Below are positions 61,389 to 64,000 of a stretch of DNA of 64,000 bases, one piece after another. Under the pieces are notes generated by a model, which saw only the letters and a program-made list of their open reading frames with translations, was not told the DNA's origin and did not search any database. The stretch covers positions 29,877-93,876 of the forward strand of contig PBTA01000030.1 of assembly GCA_002726395.1 (NCBI GenBank), written 5' to 3'. How positions within the stretch are numbered: position 1 is the first letter of the stretch; the number at the start of each line of letters is the position of its first letter. The translations under genes were made by a program, and so were the position numbers. The stretch is from Methanobacteriota archaeon (GTDB lineage: Archaea; Thermoplasmatota; Poseidoniia; Poseidoniales; Poseidoniaceae).

Positions 61389-62120
61389 ATGATATTTGAT
61401 TTCCTTGAGGCGTTTAATGAAAACTCATTAGTGCTCTATTTATTTGTTATAGGCATTGCTTGCGCAGCAGGTGGTATTCCTCCAATGATTGAGAGAAATA
61501 GGCGGCGAGGTATTGAAAATCAATTACCTGGCTTACTTGAATCACTTTCTGATGCAGTTGGTGCAGGAAGAGGCTTACAAGAAGCAATGTTAGAACAAGG
61601 TAGGAATACTCCAGGTATTCTGGGAAAACTCTTAAGTGAAACACTTGAAAGTAGCCATGCATCTTCATTTGATGCAGCACTTTCTGCCTTTGCCTCAAAA
61701 ACTCGCTCATCTCAAGTACAGAGGGTTGTTGTTTTAATTGATACAGCAATGGAGCAAGATGCTCCTTTGCAAAGTATTCTCTCAGATTTGGCTATGGATT
61801 ATGAAAGATTAAATGATTTAATGAATAAAAGAGAAACAGAATTAGCTGGCAGAGGCATTCTTATCATCCTATTCGTCTGTATTGGCCTACCAGTACTAAT
61901 CGCCTTTATCGTTGGTTTATTTGCTCCTGCAGCATCAGGATTTCAAATTGCTAACTTCAATTCGACATTCTCAACCTTTTTCGCTTTGGCTTCAGCAACA
62001 GGTGCCATGGTTTCGGGAAGGATGATGGGTCGCGCAAGGGACATGCTTTGGTGGATACCGCTATGGATGTCAACTTCTATGTTACTCTATCTTGGAGCAG
62101 TGAAAATGATTGGAGGATGA
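61389..62120 (+). CDS. Type II secretion F / TadB-like platform protein
   Basis: IE.QLP..L..LSD.V.AG.GL.EA, SFD.AL..F, several TMs. Confidence 0.82.
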   Translation: MIFDFLEAFNENSLVLYLFVIGIACAAGGIPPMIERNRRRGIENQLPGLLESLSDAVGAGRGLQEAMLEQGRNTPGILGKLLSETLESSHASSFDAALSAFASKTRSSQVQRVVVLIDTAMEQDAPLQSILSDLAMDYERLNDLMNKRETELAGRGILIILFVCIGLPVLIAFIVGLFAPAASGFQIANFNSTFSTFFALASATGAMVSGRMMGRARDMLWWIPLWMSTSMLLYLGAVKMIGG

Positions 62121-62123
62121 AAA

Positions 62124-63362
62124 ATGTCTGAAAAAATAATAGAACAATACGGCAGAGTAACGATTTATACTGAACCAAACCACCCTTCACCAATCTATCA
62201 TGTTGATGGCTCGATTGATCCAAACCCATACGGAGATTTAGCAGTTTTACTAGAAGATGACAATTTGGAAGAGGTAATGTATAATGGTGGCACACAATGT
62301 GTCAAAATTGCCCATAGAGAGCACGGTATGTGTAGAACTAATGTTTGGATAGACGATGACAGTGGAATTCAGATAGCTAAAAACATCGCATCTTTTACCA
62401 ATGTCCCATTAGGAGACGGACCGGGATTAGTGCCAATATTTGATGGACGTTTACCAGACGGATCAAGAGTAAACGGTACTATTCCGCCAATATCACCAGA
62501 CGGGCCGACGTTGACAATTAGAAAGTTTAGAGAAGATCCTCTTACAATGCTAGACCTAGTTAAATTTGGTACAGTAAACTCACGGCTTGCCGCAATGATG
62601 TGGGTCTGGATTGAAGGCCTTGATAGTCGGCCAGCCAATTTTGTAATCGCTGGAGGTACCGGTTCTGGTAAAACTACGACCCTAAATTGCTTAGGTATGT
62701 ATATACCATGGGATAGAAGGTTGCTGACTGTCGAAGACACAGCTGAATTACAAGTTTACCATGACCACTGGTTACGTATGGAAACCAGGAGGGAAAGACC
62801 AGACGGGACTCCTGAAGTGGACATGAATGACTGTCTAAAATCAAGTCTCAGAATGAGGCCAGACAGAATAATTGTGGGAGAGGTAAGAGGGCCAGAAGCT
62901 GCAACTCTACTTACTGCTATGAATACCGGTCACGATGGTTCCTTTGGTTCTCTGCACGCTAATACAGCCCAAGAAACAGTAACTAGAATGATTAATCCTC
63001 CAATGTTGGTTCCGCCAATTATGCTAACGGGATTAGACTTAATCATTATCCAAGCCAGACTTCATGTCAATGGGAAGACTGCAAGGAAAATAACTGAAGT
63101 AGCAGAAATTGCTGGAATGGAAGGAACTAAACCAAGGCTGAACATTATTTGGAAATACAATCCAGCGAATGATCGAATTGAGGAAACAGGAATACCATCT
63201 AAGATGCGAGAAACGATTTGTCAAGCAGCAGGAGTTACGCCAGACGTGTTTGAGAAGCATGTATCTCAAAGGCAACAGATTCTAGAGGATTTGATAAATA
63301 GAGATATTAGAGATATTCAAACAGTAACTCAAGTTATACAAAACTTCTACGCAACTAGGTAA
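62124..63362 (+). CDS. CpaF/TadA-family type IV pilus assembly ATPase
   Basis: DGRLPDGSRVN, TIRKF, GGTGSGKTT, VEDTAEL, LRMRPDRIIVGEVRG.EA, TGH.G...SLHAN. Confidence 0.95.
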   Translation: MSEKIIEQYGRVTIYTEPNHPSPIYHVDGSIDPNPYGDLAVLLEDDNLEEVMYNGGTQCVKIAHREHGMCRTNVWIDDDSGIQIAKNIASFTNVPLGDGPGLVPIFDGRLPDGSRVNGTIPPISPDGPTLTIRKFREDPLTMLDLVKFGTVNSRLAAMMWVWIEGLDSRPANFVIAGGTGSGKTTTLNCLGMYIPWDRRLLTVEDTAELQVYHDHWLRMETRRERPDGTPEVDMNDCLKSSLRMRPDRIIVGEVRGPEAATLLTAMNTGHDGSFGSLHANTAQETVTRMINPPMLVPPIMLTGLDLIIIQARLHVNGKTARKITEVAEIAGMEGTKPRLNIIWKYNPANDRIEETGIPSKMRETICQAAGVTPDVFEKHVSQRQQILEDLINRDIRDIQTVTQVIQNFYATR

Positions 63363-63364
63363 TC

Positions 63365-64000
63365 TTAACCTCTTAGCCGTGCTAATACGTCATCTATGTG
63401 GTCAATCTTTTCTTTGGCAGATTTAACCCTCTCACCTGCATTGGTTAAGTCGCTATCACCTGATATAATCTCTTCAAGTTTACTCTCTGATTTTGGCTTG
63501 AAGTCTTGGGCTAGGGCTTTTAGTTGAACTATTATTGAATCGACTTCACTTTCAGAAACAATTACTCCTGGAGCAATTCTTGGAATCTCACTTGGAGATA
63601 TGAAACCTAACTCAGCGCCTATTATTCCAGAACAAGCCAAAACTTTAGGTCTTAAATCTGGAGTGTTCACATCGTAACCTCTAGATTCAAGGAATCTAAT
63701 GATCAGTGATTGTTGAGAATCATTAAACTCTCCTTCCGAGGTTTCCATCACAGTTTCAACAAGTTGTTCAAATCCAACTATATTTTTCTCCAATCTTTCA
63801 ATAGTTCTTCTTTCTTCTGAGCTGATATGGATTGAACCGTGGTGTAAAATCTTGAGGACACGATTTCTTCTGGCAATATTAGGGTCTTGTAAACCTTCTA
63901 CCTCCGAAAGATCCACATGCAGGTCAAATAGTGCATGTAGCCTACCAGAAATACTTGGAATCCTTAAGTCAAGGTCCATCGACTTTGCAATTTCCTCGAA
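63365..64000 (-). CDS. Hypothetical protein (5'-partial)
   Basis: Frame stays open to the window end (FEEIAKS precedes M at 63979); helical; no recognised motif. Confidence 0.6.
   Translation of the reverse strand, partial: FEEIAKSMDLDLRIPSISGRLHALFDLHVDLSEVEGLQDPNIARRNRVLKILHHGSIHISSEERRTIERLEKNIVGFEQLVETVMETSEGEFNDSQQSLIIRFLESRGYDVNTPDLRPKVLACSGIIGAELGFISPSEIPRIAPGVIVSESEVDSIIVQLKALAQDFKPKSESKLEEIISGDSDLTNAGERVKSAKEKIDHIDDVLARLRG

Noticed and set aside
60415..63362. Prophage, conjugative element or archaellum operon
   Set aside because: No integrase, capsid, terminase, VirB4/relaxase, archaellin or FlaH; composition matches the flanks

Overview
Gene-dense, AT-rich archaeal chromosome segment. 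Archaeal informational genes (aIF2-gamma, rpS6e, Orc1/Cdc6, Dph2, Hel308, Cgi121, RPA) occur with bacterial-type gyrase, class II HMG-CoA reductase, a class II CCA enzyme and several peptidases, including a large PKD-domain surface protease. This mix suggests a marine Thermoplasmatota, most likely Marine Group II/Poseidoniales (inference). I see about 52 CDS and no rRNA, tRNA, CRISPR array, transposase or integrase. Main leads: (1) a palindrome with 11-bp-phased repeats at 12964-13077, upstream of an operon whose first gene is a degenerate AAA+ ATPase with an acidic linker and a winged-helix domain, one gene from smc-scpA-scpB; (2) a minimal Tad/type IV pilus module directly after the RPA genes, led by a small protein resembling the phage Mu DNA-circularization N-terminal domain; (3) a Hel308 insertion with a RadA/Rad51-type FxxA motif; (4) several apparent pseudo-enzymes and odd architectures (lipoyl-less GcvH, site-2 protease without HExxH, membrane-anchored Smr domain, minimal SerK-like protein, EF-hand/OB-like protein). 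All family calls come from reading motifs by eye; no database search was run.
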